Source: a virus
Lineage: Duplodnaviria > Caudoviricetes
Reading direction: 5' to 3' (one strand)
Virus record (IMG/VR): IMGVR_UViG_3300020044_005637
Coordinates: 1 to 45,359 of that record
Length of the DNA: 45,359 nucleotides
The notes beneath the pieces were generated by a model. The model did not search any database and was not told the DNA's origin. It saw only the letters and a program-made list of their open reading frames with translations. A program made the translations under genes and the position numbers. Below are positions 45,078 to 45,359 of the stretch, in pieces; position 1 is the first letter of the stretch, and the number at the start of each line of letters is the position of its first letter.

Positions 45078-45359
45078 GGCCGGTATTACTACGTAAAAAA
45101 GTTGAAAATAGGTGTTGTTTTGGGGTTGAGCCGGAAGTTAAGCCGGAAAAGCCTTTGACCCAACGTCCCACACACGACTCCAATAGGAGTTCATGTAGGT
45201 GATAAATAGGCAGGGATAGTCAACACGTGCATTATGCAAGGCATTGAAATGATTGAGATTTTGGGTATCGGAAAAAGAAGTTTCAGTAAATCGCACACGT
45301 TTCCGTAGGAAATACGCACATTTACCCCGATCAGTCCACCACACAATGCACCCCTATCC

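Noticed and set aside
45131-45150. Partial repeat of AAGCCGGAAA also found at 44633
   Set aside because: Only about 10 bp; could be chance.
44700-45344. Short ORFs listed in the terminal non-coding region
   Set aside because: No RBS, atypical composition, and they overlap the structured element and promoter.

Overview
This window is most of a tailed dsDNA phage genome with podovirus-type morphogenesis genes. Gene style and the strong AAAGGA ribosome-binding sites suggest a freshwater betaproteobacterial host, which is an inference. Terminase, portal and major capsid genes are not in the window. Layout: 1-11986 (+) head-tail adaptors and a long array of Ser/Thr/Gly-rich tail/receptor-binding modules; 11986-14473 (+) an unusually large lysis cassette with an M15A endolysin and apparently two overlapping spanin-like pairs; 14474-27377 (+) tail nozzle and three ejection proteins, including a 2668-aa polyvalent protein; 27374-28000 a methyltransferase moron; 28098-30872 (-) recombination operon (Rad52/Sak-like, YqaJ exonuclease, SSB, HTH); 31162-37439 (+) replication/nin-like operon (DUF1376-type initiator, SF4 helicase, RusA, late regulator); 37428-44589 (-) early operon of small genes headed by a MoxR-type AAA+/VWA pair. 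No integrase, CI-like repressor, tRNA or CRISPR array was seen. Most notable signals: a ~430-nt densely structured, switch-like non-coding RNA leader ahead of the early operon; a small basic gene overprinted inside the giant ejection gene; a miniature degenerate ABC-ATPase (possible defence decoy); a prenyltransferase-like gene in front of a leader-bearing ejection protein; and a structured anti-Shine-Dalgarno leader on the replication initiator. All family names come from motif recall, not database searches.
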